The notes under the pieces are model-generated. The model was not told the origin of the DNA. It was given only the letters and a program-made list of their open reading frames with translations, and ran no database searches. Positions 8,417 through 16,852 of a DNA stretch of 23,452 nucleotides are shown here, in pieces (position 1 is the stretch's first letter; each line of letters opens with the position of its first letter). The translations under genes and the position numbers were made by a program. Source of the DNA: Myxococcales bacterium (GTDB lineage: Bacteria > Myxococcota > Myxococcia > Myxococcales > Anaeromyxobacteraceae); assembly GCA_038320275.1 (NCBI GenBank), contig JBBQEB010000050.1, positions 1 to 23,452 on the forward strand, read 5' to 3'.

Positions 8417-9010
8417 ATGCGCTTCCTGTTTCGTTCGTCCGGATTCTCGTGAGGCCCCGTGGCGGGCCTCGGTTGAGGCTCCGTTCTCGCGCCCGTGCTG
8501 GCGCGCTTGCAGGCGCTCCCAGGGATCGCTGACGTGCGTGTCGATTCCACAGGGAGCCTGTTCCTCGTCGAGGCGAGCCGCGAGGCCGCGGAGGCCGCCG
8601 GCCGCTTGCTGGGCGCGGACGCGCGCGTCGTGGCCGAGCCCGCCGCGGAGCAGGCCCTGTCGCGAAGGAACCGCGGTGAAGCGTGGTTCGGTGCGGACGA
8701 CATACGCACCCTGTCGTACCTCGAAGGACGCATGCTGGGCTTCCGGTTCGCGGCCGCGGTGACACGTTCCCTGCGCCTGGAGCGGCCGGTGGGCGACGCG
8801 GCGCACGACGTCATCACCGCCGCCATCCTCGACGAACTGGACCGAGCGCACGACTGCGGTGGGCACCCCACGAGCGAGTGGTTCTGGGCTGCATGGCCCG
8901 ATATCGTCGCGAGGGTTCGGGGCGCGCTGGAACGCCATCCAGCCTGGGCCGCGCTGGCCGGTCCGATCGCGGACGCACTTCGACCGGGCAGGCCTCTGAT
9001 CGATCGCTGA
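8417..9010 (+). CDS. candidate selenoprotein with two Sec (U12, U20; U-x7-U) in an HMA-like N-terminal domain, 197 aa
   Basis: ATG 8417 is in frame with ORF 8495-9010 through two TGA codons (8450-8452, 8474-8476), each followed by a SECIS-like hairpin. The N-terminus GFS-U...LARLQALPGIADVRVDSTG resembles HMA domains (GMxC...LxxLPGVxxVxVD). Confidence 0.75.
8464..8481 (+). promoter_or_regulatory. bacterial SECIS-like hairpin 1 (for UGA 8450)
   Basis: GGGCCUC-[GGUU]-GAGGCUC forms a 7-bp stem (one G-U pair). It starts 11 nt after the UGA and has G first in the loop. Confidence 0.65.
8488..8505 (+). promoter_or_regulatory. bacterial SECIS-like hairpin 2 (for UGA 8474)
   Basis: CGCGCC-[CGUGCU]-GGCGCG forms a 6-bp stem. 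It starts 11 nt after the UGA and has GU at loop positions 2-3. Confidence 0.6.
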
Positions 9011-9059
9011 GGGCAGTCGTGCTCCCACGTAGCCCCGATGGCCTCGAACAACCAGGTCG

Positions 9060-9082
9060 TTACGTTACGACGCGTAGCGTAA
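9060..9082. promoter_or_regulatory. 23-bp palindrome copy A (putative TetR operator)
   Basis: TTACGTTACG-ACG-CGTAGCGTAA. Confidence 0.6.
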
Positions 9083-9313
9083 TGTATTCCTCGAGATGCT
9101 ACCCCGGCACCCGGGCCCGCACGATCGATGGCGAACCACGAAGCGTTGATCCGCGAAAAGCGCCGCGTGGATCTGGGGCTGGAAGTCATCCTGGAACGCG
9201 GACAGGCAAGCTCACCCGTTCGGCGCCCGCCCCTGAAAGTGCATCCCGATGGCCGCAGCCCAAGGCTGCTGCGCACGGATCCGTCGCGCGGGTCGCGCAG
9301 CCAAGAACCGTCC

Positions 9314-9365
9314 TTGACCCCGAGCTCACCGCGAAGTATTAACTGCGACCTGGGAGGTGCGAGTT
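9314..9365 (+). promoter_or_regulatory. Rrf2 promoter with overlapping 11-3-11 inverted repeat (putative auto-operator)
   Basis: TTGACC (9314-9319), N17, TATTAA (9337-9342). The repeat AACTGCGACCT-GGG-AGGTGCGAGTT (9341-9365, 8/11 symmetric) overlaps the -10 box, RBS and start codon. Confidence 0.6.
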
Positions 9366-9915
9366 GGGTGTTTCGCTTCATGGGCCTGGCGCCGAGTACG
9401 CGTTGCACTCGCTGCTCTTCGTGGCTGCGCGTTCAGGGCCCGTCAGCGTGCGGGACCTGGCTCGTTTCCAGAAGCTGCCCGAGCGATTCCTCGCGAAGAT
9501 CTTCACGCGCCTCGAGAAGGCCTCGATCGTCGAGGCGATCGAGGGCGTCCGCGGGGGATTCGTGCTGGCCAGGTCTCCGGACAGGATCTCGGTCCGGGAC
9601 GTCCTGGAGGCCGTCGATCCGGACAGGACGCTGTTCGCGTGCGCCGAGATCCGGCAGCACTGCGCCCTGTTCGGCAAGGCTCCGCCGGGCTGGAGCGTCT
9701 CGGGAATGTGCCGGATTCACCTCTTCATGCGGGAGGCAGAGGCCGCCCTCGAGCAGGTCCTCGCCTCGAAGACGCTTCACAGCCTGAGCCGTGAGCTCTC
9801 AACCAAGGCACCCGACCAGTTCCTGCGCGATGCCGAGGACTGGTTCCAGCACCGCAGAGGCGAGCGCGCCACGGGGGCCCGGCCGAAGCGAGCCAAGGCC
9901 AGGATCGGTCCATAG
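9364..9915 (+). CDS. Rrf2-family regulator, RsrR-like putative [2Fe-2S] redox sensor
   Basis: GAEYALH (E-x3-H), wHTH with GVRGGFVLARSPDRISVRDVLEAVD, and C-terminal CAEIRQHC...MCRIH. TTG start 6 nt after GGAGG. Confidence 0.9.
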   Translation: MGVSLHGPGAEYALHSLLFVAARSGPVSVRDLARFQKLPERFLAKIFTRLEKASIVEAIEGVRGGFVLARSPDRISVRDVLEAVDPDRTLFACAEIRQHCALFGKAPPGWSVSGMCRIHLFMREAEAALEQVLASKTLHSLSRELSTKAPDQFLRDAEDWFQHRRGERATGARPKRAKARIGP

Positions 9916-10014
9916 GCATCGACCAGGTGTTGCACACCGGGTACGTCGCCTTCCACGTGCGCCCGACCGTCACTGGACGCACCGCACACACAGCAGGACA
10001 AGAGGGAACGAAAC

Positions 10015-10743
10015 ATGAACAGGTGCATCTTTCTCGCGGGCGCGTCCGGGGCCGTTGGCCGGCGCCTCTCTCCCCTTCTCGTCGCAGCCGGCTGGCGGGT
10101 GATCGGAACGACGCGGTCCGCTGACAAGGCGACCGGCCTGCGCGACCTCGGGGTGGAGCCGGCGGTGGTCGACGTGTTCGACGCCGCCGAGCTGCGGCGG
10201 ATCGTGGCCGCAGCCCAACCAGAAATCGTGGTCCACCAGCTCACGGACCTGCCCTACGGCCTCGACGAAAAGGAGTTGCCGGCGGCGCTGGTTCGAAACG
10301 CCCGGTTGAGGGACGAGGGTACGCGCAACCTGGTGGCTGCGGCGGTCGCGGCGGGCGCGAAGCGGATGATCGCGCAGAGCCTCTCCTTCGTGTATGCAGA
10401 TGGGCCGGAGCCGCACCCCGAGGAGGACGCGTTGCTCCCCGAAACACACCCCGTCTATGGAGAGACGGCGCGTGCCGTGGCGAGCCTCGAACGACAGGTG
10501 CTGGGCGCCTCCCTCGAAGGGATCGTCCTCCGCTACGGATTCTTCTACGGACCGGGCACCGGCTTCGACGCGCCCATCGCTCCAGGTTCCGTGCACGTCG
10601 ACGCGGCTGCGAAGGCGGCCGAGCTCGCGATCACCAAGGGCGCACCCGGCGTCTACAACATCGCCGAGCCCGGAGGCGCGGTGCTCAGCGACAAGGCGGC
10701 GCGCATCCTGGGCTGGGACGCGGGCTGGAGAGCCGACGGGTGA
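10015..10743 (+). CDS. NAD(P)-dependent epimerase/dehydratase-family (atypical SDR) oxidoreductase
   Basis: IFLAGASGAVG Rossmann motif, VVHQLTDL, GTRNLVAAA, VLRYGFFYGPGT, VHVDAAA. Confidence 0.9.
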   Translation: MNRCIFLAGASGAVGRRLSPLLVAAGWRVIGTTRSADKATGLRDLGVEPAVVDVFDAAELRRIVAAAQPEIVVHQLTDLPYGLDEKELPAALVRNARLRDEGTRNLVAAAVAAGAKRMIAQSLSFVYADGPEPHPEEDALLPETHPVYGETARAVASLERQVLGASLEGIVLRYGFFYGPGTGFDAPIAPGSVHVDAAAKAAELAITKGAPGVYNIAEPGGAVLSDKAARILGWDAGWRADG

Positions 10744-10770
10744 GCTCGCGCGGAGACGTGCGCGCCGGTA

Positions 10771-10905
10771 CTCGACGAGCGTGACCCGGGGGCGATGTCC
10801 GGGTGCCCGCGCGAGCGTGCAGTCGCACGTGAGCACCGCGGCTCCGAGCGCCTCTCCCAGCGTCACGTACATGGTGTCGTGCGCGGTCAGGCTGAAGCTC
10901 CTCAC
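10771..10905 (-). pseudogene. vapC: C-terminal remnant of a VapC (PIN) toxin
   Basis: SLTAHDTMYVTLGEALGAAVLTCDCTLARAPGHRPRVTLVE matches the VapC C-terminus (NLTAYDAAYVALAEALxAPLLTxDxRLARAPG). The N-terminal two-thirds and the antitoxin are absent. Confidence 0.75.
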
Positions 10906-10919
10906 CGCGCGCTATCGAT

Positions 10920-10942
10920 ATACATGACGAGGCGTTACGATA
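10920..10942. promoter_or_regulatory. 23-bp palindrome copy D (degenerate)
   Basis: ATACATGACG-AGG-CGTTACGATA. The right arm is 9/10 identical to that of copy C. Confidence 0.45.
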
Positions 10943-11068
10943 GTGCCGCGCCGGCGTCGGGTGCCTCGCCCGTCTCCCTGCCCTGCCCGCTCGCAGAGTC
11001 CGACGAACTCGTGAGGCCGCTCCCGCTGGCAAATCAGGTTTTCAACAGGCATTGGCACGATTGCTTCT

Positions 11069-11091
11069 TTACGTTACGATGCGTGCCGTTA
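11069..11091. promoter_or_regulatory. 23-bp palindrome copy B overlapping the TetR start
   Basis: TTACGTTACG-ATG-CGTGCCGTTA, ending on the A of ATG 11091. Confidence 0.6.
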
Positions 11092-11786
11092 TGAGTTCGC
11101 TCCGAGGTAAGAAGCCTGCTGCCCCCCGACCCCGCGGTCGCCCCCGCAGCGAAACCGCTCGCCTCGCGATCCTGCGGGCGGCGCGCGCTCTCCTCTCGGA
11201 GGGAGGACCCGAGGCGGTGACCATGGAGGCGGTCGCCGCACGTGCTGGAGTGGGGAAGCCTACGCTCTATCGGTGGTGGCCGGACAGGCGCGCCGTTGCC
11301 ATGGCCGCACTTCTCGAGACGGACCCGCTCGGCCCCGCCGCGTCTCGAGACGGCTCGGCGCTCGCCGAGCTCCGCCAGCAGTTGCGGCTCCTGGCGGTCC
11401 GGCTCGGAACACCCACGGGGCGCCACGTGCTCTCGATGATCGCAGCCTCCGACCCCGCCTCGGACCTCTCGAAGGCTTTCCGAGAGCGGTTCGCGCTCGG
11501 CCGGCGCGCGGAGGGCAAGGTGCTCCTCGAGCGCGCCGTGCGTGAGGGCGAAGTGAGAGCGGATCTCGACATCGAGGTCGCGCTCGACATGCTGCACGGT
11601 GCCCTCTTCTTCAGGCTGCTCCTCGGCCACGCGCCACTCGAGGAGCACTTCGCCAACCGCGCCCTCGCCGTCGCGCTCCGCGGTATGGTGCGACCGCGCC
11701 GGAGCGCGGGCCCTGTCAGGCCGAAGCCTACGCGCGCGCCCGCAGCGGCGGGGCGAGGCATCAGGAGTCATCGAGATGAAACCTGA
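11091..11786 (+). CDS. TetR/AcrR-family transcriptional regulator (TetR_C_11-like)
   Basis: RGRPRS...AILRAARALL...VTMEAVAARAGVGKPTLYRWW HTH, and LERAVREGEVRADLD. Alternative start at 11079. Confidence 0.92.
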   Translation: MSSLRGKKPAAPRPRGRPRSETARLAILRAARALLSEGGPEAVTMEAVAARAGVGKPTLYRWWPDRRAVAMAALLETDPLGPAASRDGSALAELRQQLRLLAVRLGTPTGRHVLSMIAASDPASDLSKAFRERFALGRRAEGKVLLERAVREGEVRADLDIEVALDMLHGALFFRLLLGHAPLEEHFANRALAVALRGMVRPRRSAGPVRPKPTRAPAAAGRGIRSHRDET

Positions 11787-12852
11787 GTTCCCAGCGGTGG
11801 GGCGCGCGACGAGGCTCCTCTTCGCCCTGGCGATGCTCGCTTGCGGTCGTGCGCCAGCCGGCAGCGCGGCCCGCCCGCTCGTGGTCGCCTCGGTGCGCGA
11901 TCTCGGCGCGCTGGCCAAGCCGGACAAGGTGGTTGGCCGGGATGGCGGCGGATCCGCGCTCATCGGAGGCAAGATCCTGTGGACCTTCGGGGACACCTTC
12001 TGGGTGGGGCCGGCTGCGGACGGCGCCACGTACCGCACCAACACCGGCGCGCTCTCCGACCCGGCCGCCCCGACGCTGACCACCGAGCCGGCGGATGCGA
12101 CGGGTGCTCCTTTCCAGTTCGTTCCGTTCACCGTCGAGGAGCAAGACTACAATCGCTCGACCGGCAAGCCGGACGACAGGATCGCGCTCTGGCCAGGCTC
12201 CATCGTGCCGCTCGCGGGGGCCGGCGTGGTGCTCGTCCAGAAGCTTCACGTCCGCGCCGCGTTCAACCTCGAGTTCCTGGGAATCGCCACCGCGAAGGTC
12301 GCGGCTGGCAGCACCGTTGCGGTGCGAGACGCGGGGCTTCTCTTCGGGAGCGCCGATCCGCACTTCCACCAGGCGCTGGTGGACCGCGACCAGCTCTACC
12401 TGTACGGCGGGCTTCCAGGGACGCAGAGCTACGGCGTGGCCAGGGCGCCGCTGGCGAACCTCGGCGATCGAAGCGCGTACCGCTTCTGGAACGGAAGCGC
12501 ATGGGTGGAGGACTCCGGCGCCACCGCCGCCGTTCTGGGCGGCATCCCAGGTGGCGTCACCGTCTCCTACAACCCCTACCTCGGCGCGTACCTGGCCGTT
12601 CACAGCCGCCTGCTCTCGAGCGATGTGGTCCTCCGTACAGCGCCTCGGCCGGAGGGACCCTGGAGCGACCCGGTCCGCGCGTACACCGGCCTGCCACCTG
12701 GGTCGACCGGCGACTTCGCCCTCGACTACGCCGGAGCGGAGCATCCCGAGCTCCGCTCGGCCGATGGCCGCACCATCGTGACGAGCTATTCTCACCCGCT
12801 GGCCGGATTTCTGGCAGGAGAGGTGAGACTCGTCGAGGTGAGCTTCAAATGA
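11776..12852 (+). CDS. exported (probable lipoprotein) DUF4185-family beta-propeller glycoside hydrolase-like protein
   Basis: Signal with LAMLAC lipobox, plus GRDGG...LWTFGDTF, LYLYG, VARAP, YRFWNGSAW, VSYNPYLGAYLAVH, APRPEGPWS and YAGAEHPEL motifs. Confidence 0.75.
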   Translation: MKPEFPAVGRATRLLFALAMLACGRAPAGSAARPLVVASVRDLGALAKPDKVVGRDGGGSALIGGKILWTFGDTFWVGPAADGATYRTNTGALSDPAAPTLTTEPADATGAPFQFVPFTVEEQDYNRSTGKPDDRIALWPGSIVPLAGAGVVLVQKLHVRAAFNLEFLGIATAKVAAGSTVAVRDAGLLFGSADPHFHQALVDRDQLYLYGGLPGTQSYGVARAPLANLGDRSAYRFWNGSAWVEDSGATAAVLGGIPGGVTVSYNPYLGAYLAVHSRLLSSDVVLRTAPRPEGPWSDPVRAYTGLPPGSTGDFALDYAGAEHPELRSADGRTIVTSYSHPLAGFLAGEVRLVEVSFK

Positions 12853-12875
12853 GGGGACCCGCGGCGGGTCCCCTC
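12851..12875. terminator. perfect hairpin between convergent genes (putative bidirectional terminator)
   Basis: GAGGGGACCCG-CGG-CGGGTCCCCTC, 11-bp stem, no U-tract. Confidence 0.6.
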
Positions 12876-12889
12876 CCCGCCTTCCGCTG

Positions 12890-14062
<1,173 letters not shown>

Positions 14063-14258
14063 GCGGTGAGCTCCTTCGGGTGCGGGTGGAGAGAAGATCG
14101 GAAGGTTCCAAGTTGCGACAGCGGGGAGCCGTCGGCAACGGCCTCCGCACGAAGGGATCGAGCCGGCGAGCGGTGGCTCAGCGCTGCTCCATCCCAGGCT
14201 GGCGCTCGGCCGGCGTCGCCCTCTCGCCGGCTTCGTCCCTACCCGTCGGCCCGTCGAG

Positions 14259-14281
14259 TTACGTTACGAATCGTAACGATA
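14259..14281. promoter_or_regulatory. 23-bp palindrome copy C
   Basis: TTACGTTACG-AAT-CGTAACGATA. Confidence 0.6.
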
Positions 14282-14295
14282 TATCGGACCCGCGT

Positions 14296-14898
14296 CTACC
14301 GTTCCGCTGCTCGATGGGCGACGTGGAGCCCCTTGCCGAGGCGCAGCGTCGTGCCCGTGAACCCGGGCAACCGCTCGCAAGCGGCGAGGTACCCTTTCAC
14401 CTCTTCCGGGTGGGAAAGGACGTTGTCGCAGACGAGGAGCGCGTCTGGATCGAGCTTGGGCATGAGGAGCGCGAGCTGCTCGGGGGCGCTCACCCGGTCT
14501 GCGTCGAAGAAGACCGCATCAAAAGGGCCGGCCAGATCCCTCGCGGCCTCGGTGGCCCCCGCATGGATGAAGGTCACCTCGCCGGCCAGCCCCGCGCTCT
14601 CGAGGTTCGTCCGCGCCTGGGCGAGCTTGGCGGCGTCGCGTTCCACGGTCCAGAGGTGCCCGCGGTGTGCTTGGAGCGCCGCCGCGATCCAGACCGCGCT
14701 GTAGCCGTTGGAGGTCCCGATCTCGAGCACGCGCCGCCGTCCCGAAGCCCTGAGCAGGAGGAATAGCAGCTCCGCCGAAGGCGTCTCGAGGTTCAGCATC
14801 TTCCGGCTGCGGTCGGTCTCGCGCGCGTCGTTGTCAACTCCCAGCCGCTCCAGCTCCGCGGCCACCGTTCTCGCCGGCTCTTCCAGCAGTGTCGTCAT
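14296..14898 (-). CDS. class I SAM-dependent O-methyltransferase (YrrM/Methyltransf_3-like)
   Basis: VLEIGTSNGYSAVW, FDAVFFDADR, LVCDNVLSH. AAGGAGG RBS before ATG 14898. Confidence 0.9.
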   Translation of the reverse strand: MTTLLEEPARTVAAELERLGVDNDARETDRSRKMLNLETPSAELLFLLLRASGRRRVLEIGTSNGYSAVWIAAALQAHRGHLWTVERDAAKLAQARTNLESAGLAGEVTFIHAGATEAARDLAGPFDAVFFDADRVSAPEQLALLMPKLDPDALLVCDNVLSHPEEVKGYLAACERLPGFTGTTLRLGKGLHVAHRAAER

Positions 14899-14987
14899 GC
14901 GCTCCTCCTTCACTCGCGTTGTTTCAGACCTGTCGTTTCACGGGCTGTGCTTCGCGGGGTTGAGCTCGCGGCGGTCCGATCGACGTT

Positions 14988-15689
14988 TCAGGCGCACCCG
15001 TCCGGCCCGCAGGTGGCGCCTTCGGCCGCGCCACCCGGAGCGACCTCGGACAGCGCCGTCTGAAGCGCCTGGTGCAGACTTTCCACGGGCTGCGCGCCCG
15101 AAACGGCGTACCTCCCTCCCAGCACGAAGAAAGGCACCCCTCGGATGCCAAGCCGGCGCGCCTCCTCCTCGTCTGCGCGGACGTCCTTCGCGAAGGCGTT
15201 GCCGGCGAGCGCCCGCCGCACCTCCTCGGCGTCGAGTCCGGCCTCGGAGCCGAGCCGGGCGAGGACCTCGGGGTCGCCGATGGCCTCGCCTTCCGTCAGG
15301 TACGCGCGCAGGAAGCGCTCCTTTGCCGCCCCCTGCACCCCGCGCTCGCGCGCGAGGTGCAGCACCCGGTGCGCGTCGAAGGTGTTGCCGGGCCGAGCCC
15401 GATCGAAGCGGAAGGTGAGGCCGTCCTCCGCCGCCACCGAGGTCATCCGGTCGATCATGCCCTGGGCCTCGAGCATGGACGACCCGTACTTCGCCGCGAG
15501 CCGCTCCGCATAGGAGGTGCCGGCAGGCTGCTCGCGCGGTGCGCCGGGATCGAGCTCGAAGGCGCGCCAGACGACCTCGATGGCTACCGGGTCGCGCAGG
15601 CGCGCGATGGCGCCCTCGAGCCGGCGCTTGCCCACGTAGCACCAGGGGCAGGCGATGTCCGACCACACGTCGACGCGGAGGTGTTCCAT
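14988..15689 (-). CDS. frnE: FrnE-type DsbA-family oxidoreductase
   Basis: VDVWSDIACPWCYVGKRRL, WRAFELDP, NTFDAHR, GVPFFV, VSGAQP and C-terminal CGPDGC tail. Confidence 0.9.
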   Translation of the reverse strand: MEHLRVDVWSDIACPWCYVGKRRLEGAIARLRDPVAIEVVWRAFELDPGAPREQPAGTSYAERLAAKYGSSMLEAQGMIDRMTSVAAEDGLTFRFDRARPGNTFDAHRVLHLARERGVQGAAKERFLRAYLTEGEAIGDPEVLARLGSEAGLDAEEVRRALAGNAFAKDVRADEEEARRLGIRGVPFFVLGGRYAVSGAQPVESLHQALQTALSEVAPGGAAEGATCGPDGCA

Positions 15690-15750
15690 GACGCGTTCAT
15701 AATCGCGGCGCGGCAGGCGCTCCCGCGCGGCCATGGTAGCGTCCGTCGAT

Positions 15751-16368
15751 GTGACCACCTCTGCGCCCCGGGCGCTCGCAGCGGCCTGTGCGCTCCTCGC
15801 CTGTTCGGGAGGGGGCTCGCCCCCGACCTCGACGCCCACCTCGCCCTCGACCGCGACCTCGACGCCGAGCGCGACCCCCGCCCTACCCCCGACCCGGGAG
15901 CCCACCCCCGCTTCGAGCACCGGCCCCGCCGCCGCGCCGCTTCCCGATGCGGGCGCGGCCACGGACGTGGCGTCCACCGTTCCCGTGAATGCTGCCAGCA
16001 GCCTGCTGCAGGGCGTTGCGACGGCGCTCTCCCCCGACGAGAAGAACCGGGTCGCTCCTGGCGCCCGCTTCCGCATGGAGGCCCCGCTGCGCCTCGTGGA
16101 CGCCCGGCTCTCGTTGCTCGACGAGTCCGACGCGCTGGTCGTCTCGACTGCGACCACGGAGGTGGGGAGCGGCTGGACCCGCTTCGAGGTGGCCCCGTCG
16201 GAGGATCTGCGGCCCGGCTCGGCCTACCTGTTGCGGCTGGAGGGTGCGGTCACGCGGGAGCTGCACGACGAGGGAGGCCATGCGTACGGTCCATACGTGG
16301 TGCGCTTCGAGACCTCCGGCGAACGCCCGCCGCGGCCGGTCGAGAAGAAGCTGCGGCGGCGGCGCTGA
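15751..16368 (+). CDS. putative lipoprotein with Ser/Thr/Pro-rich linker and Ig-like (Big_5/SbsA-like) domain
   Basis: ALAAACALLAC lipobox, PTSTPTSPST low-complexity linker, and PSEDLRPGSAYLLRL...VRFETS Ig-like motif. Start is GTG 15751 or ATG 15733. Confidence 0.7.
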   Translation: MTTSAPRALAAACALLACSGGGSPPTSTPTSPSTATSTPSATPALPPTREPTPASSTGPAAAPLPDAGAATDVASTVPVNAASSLLQGVATALSPDEKNRVAPGARFRMEAPLRLVDARLSLLDESDALVVSTATTEVGSGWTRFEVAPSEDLRPGSAYLLRLEGAVTRELHDEGGHAYGPYVVRFETSGERPPRPVEKKLRRRR

Positions 16369-16456
16369 ACGAGCCCGGACCCGAGGCTCCCGATGAGCCC
16401 CAGCATCACCGCACGAGAGAACATCTGTCGAGGGTAAGGAGCCCAGCCGCGGGCCC

Positions 16457-16852
16457 TCAGGATCTCGCCAGCGCGCCGAGCACCGGCAGGTCCGCCTCGC
16501 AGAAGGGGTAGCTCGGGAGCGCCCCCGGGTCGGCCCACTCCAGCGCCGCGACGCCGATCGGCCGCGGCTCTCTGCCTGCGAGCACGCAGGCGTAAAAGGC
16601 CAGCTCGACCTCCAGGTCGGGGTAGCGATGCGTGTGCCGCACGAGGAGCCGGCCCACCACGACCTCGCAGGCGAGCTCCTCGTACACCTCGCGCCGCAGC
16701 GCGGCCGGCTCGTCCTCCCCCGCCTCCACCTTGCCCCCGGGAAACTCCCACAGGCCGCCGCGGGGCACGTCATCTCGCCGGCGGGTGACGAGGATGCGAT
16801 CTTCGCGCCGGATCACCGCCGCCACCACCCGCACCCGCCGCAACGGCGTCAC
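16457..16852 (-). CDS. mutT: NUDIX hydrolase, MutT/NudG-type (d)NTP pyrophosphohydrolase
   Basis: WEFPGGKVEAGEDEPAALRREVYEEL Nudix box. The GTG start overlaps the bamB-like stop (GTGA). Confidence 0.88.
   Translation of the reverse strand: MTPLRRVRVVAAVIRREDRILVTRRRDDVPRGGLWEFPGGKVEAGEDEPAALRREVYEELACEVVVGRLLVRHTHRYPDLEVELAFYACVLAGREPRPIGVAALEWADPGALPSYPFCEADLPVLGALARS

Noticed and set aside
8495..9010. 171-aa ORF starting at GTG 8495 as the complete gene
   Set aside because: It has no RBS and starts mid-domain. The upstream in-frame ATG, -10 box, two TGAs and hairpins explain the region better.
9128..9787. 219-aa ORF as a real gene
   Set aside because: It overlaps the Rrf2 gene out of frame. 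Only the first ~25 codons look protein-like.
11052..11067. Possible sigma54 promoter TTGGCACGATTGCTTC upstream of TetR
   Set aside because: The GG to GC spacing is wrong: TGGCACG-N1-TTGC instead of N4.
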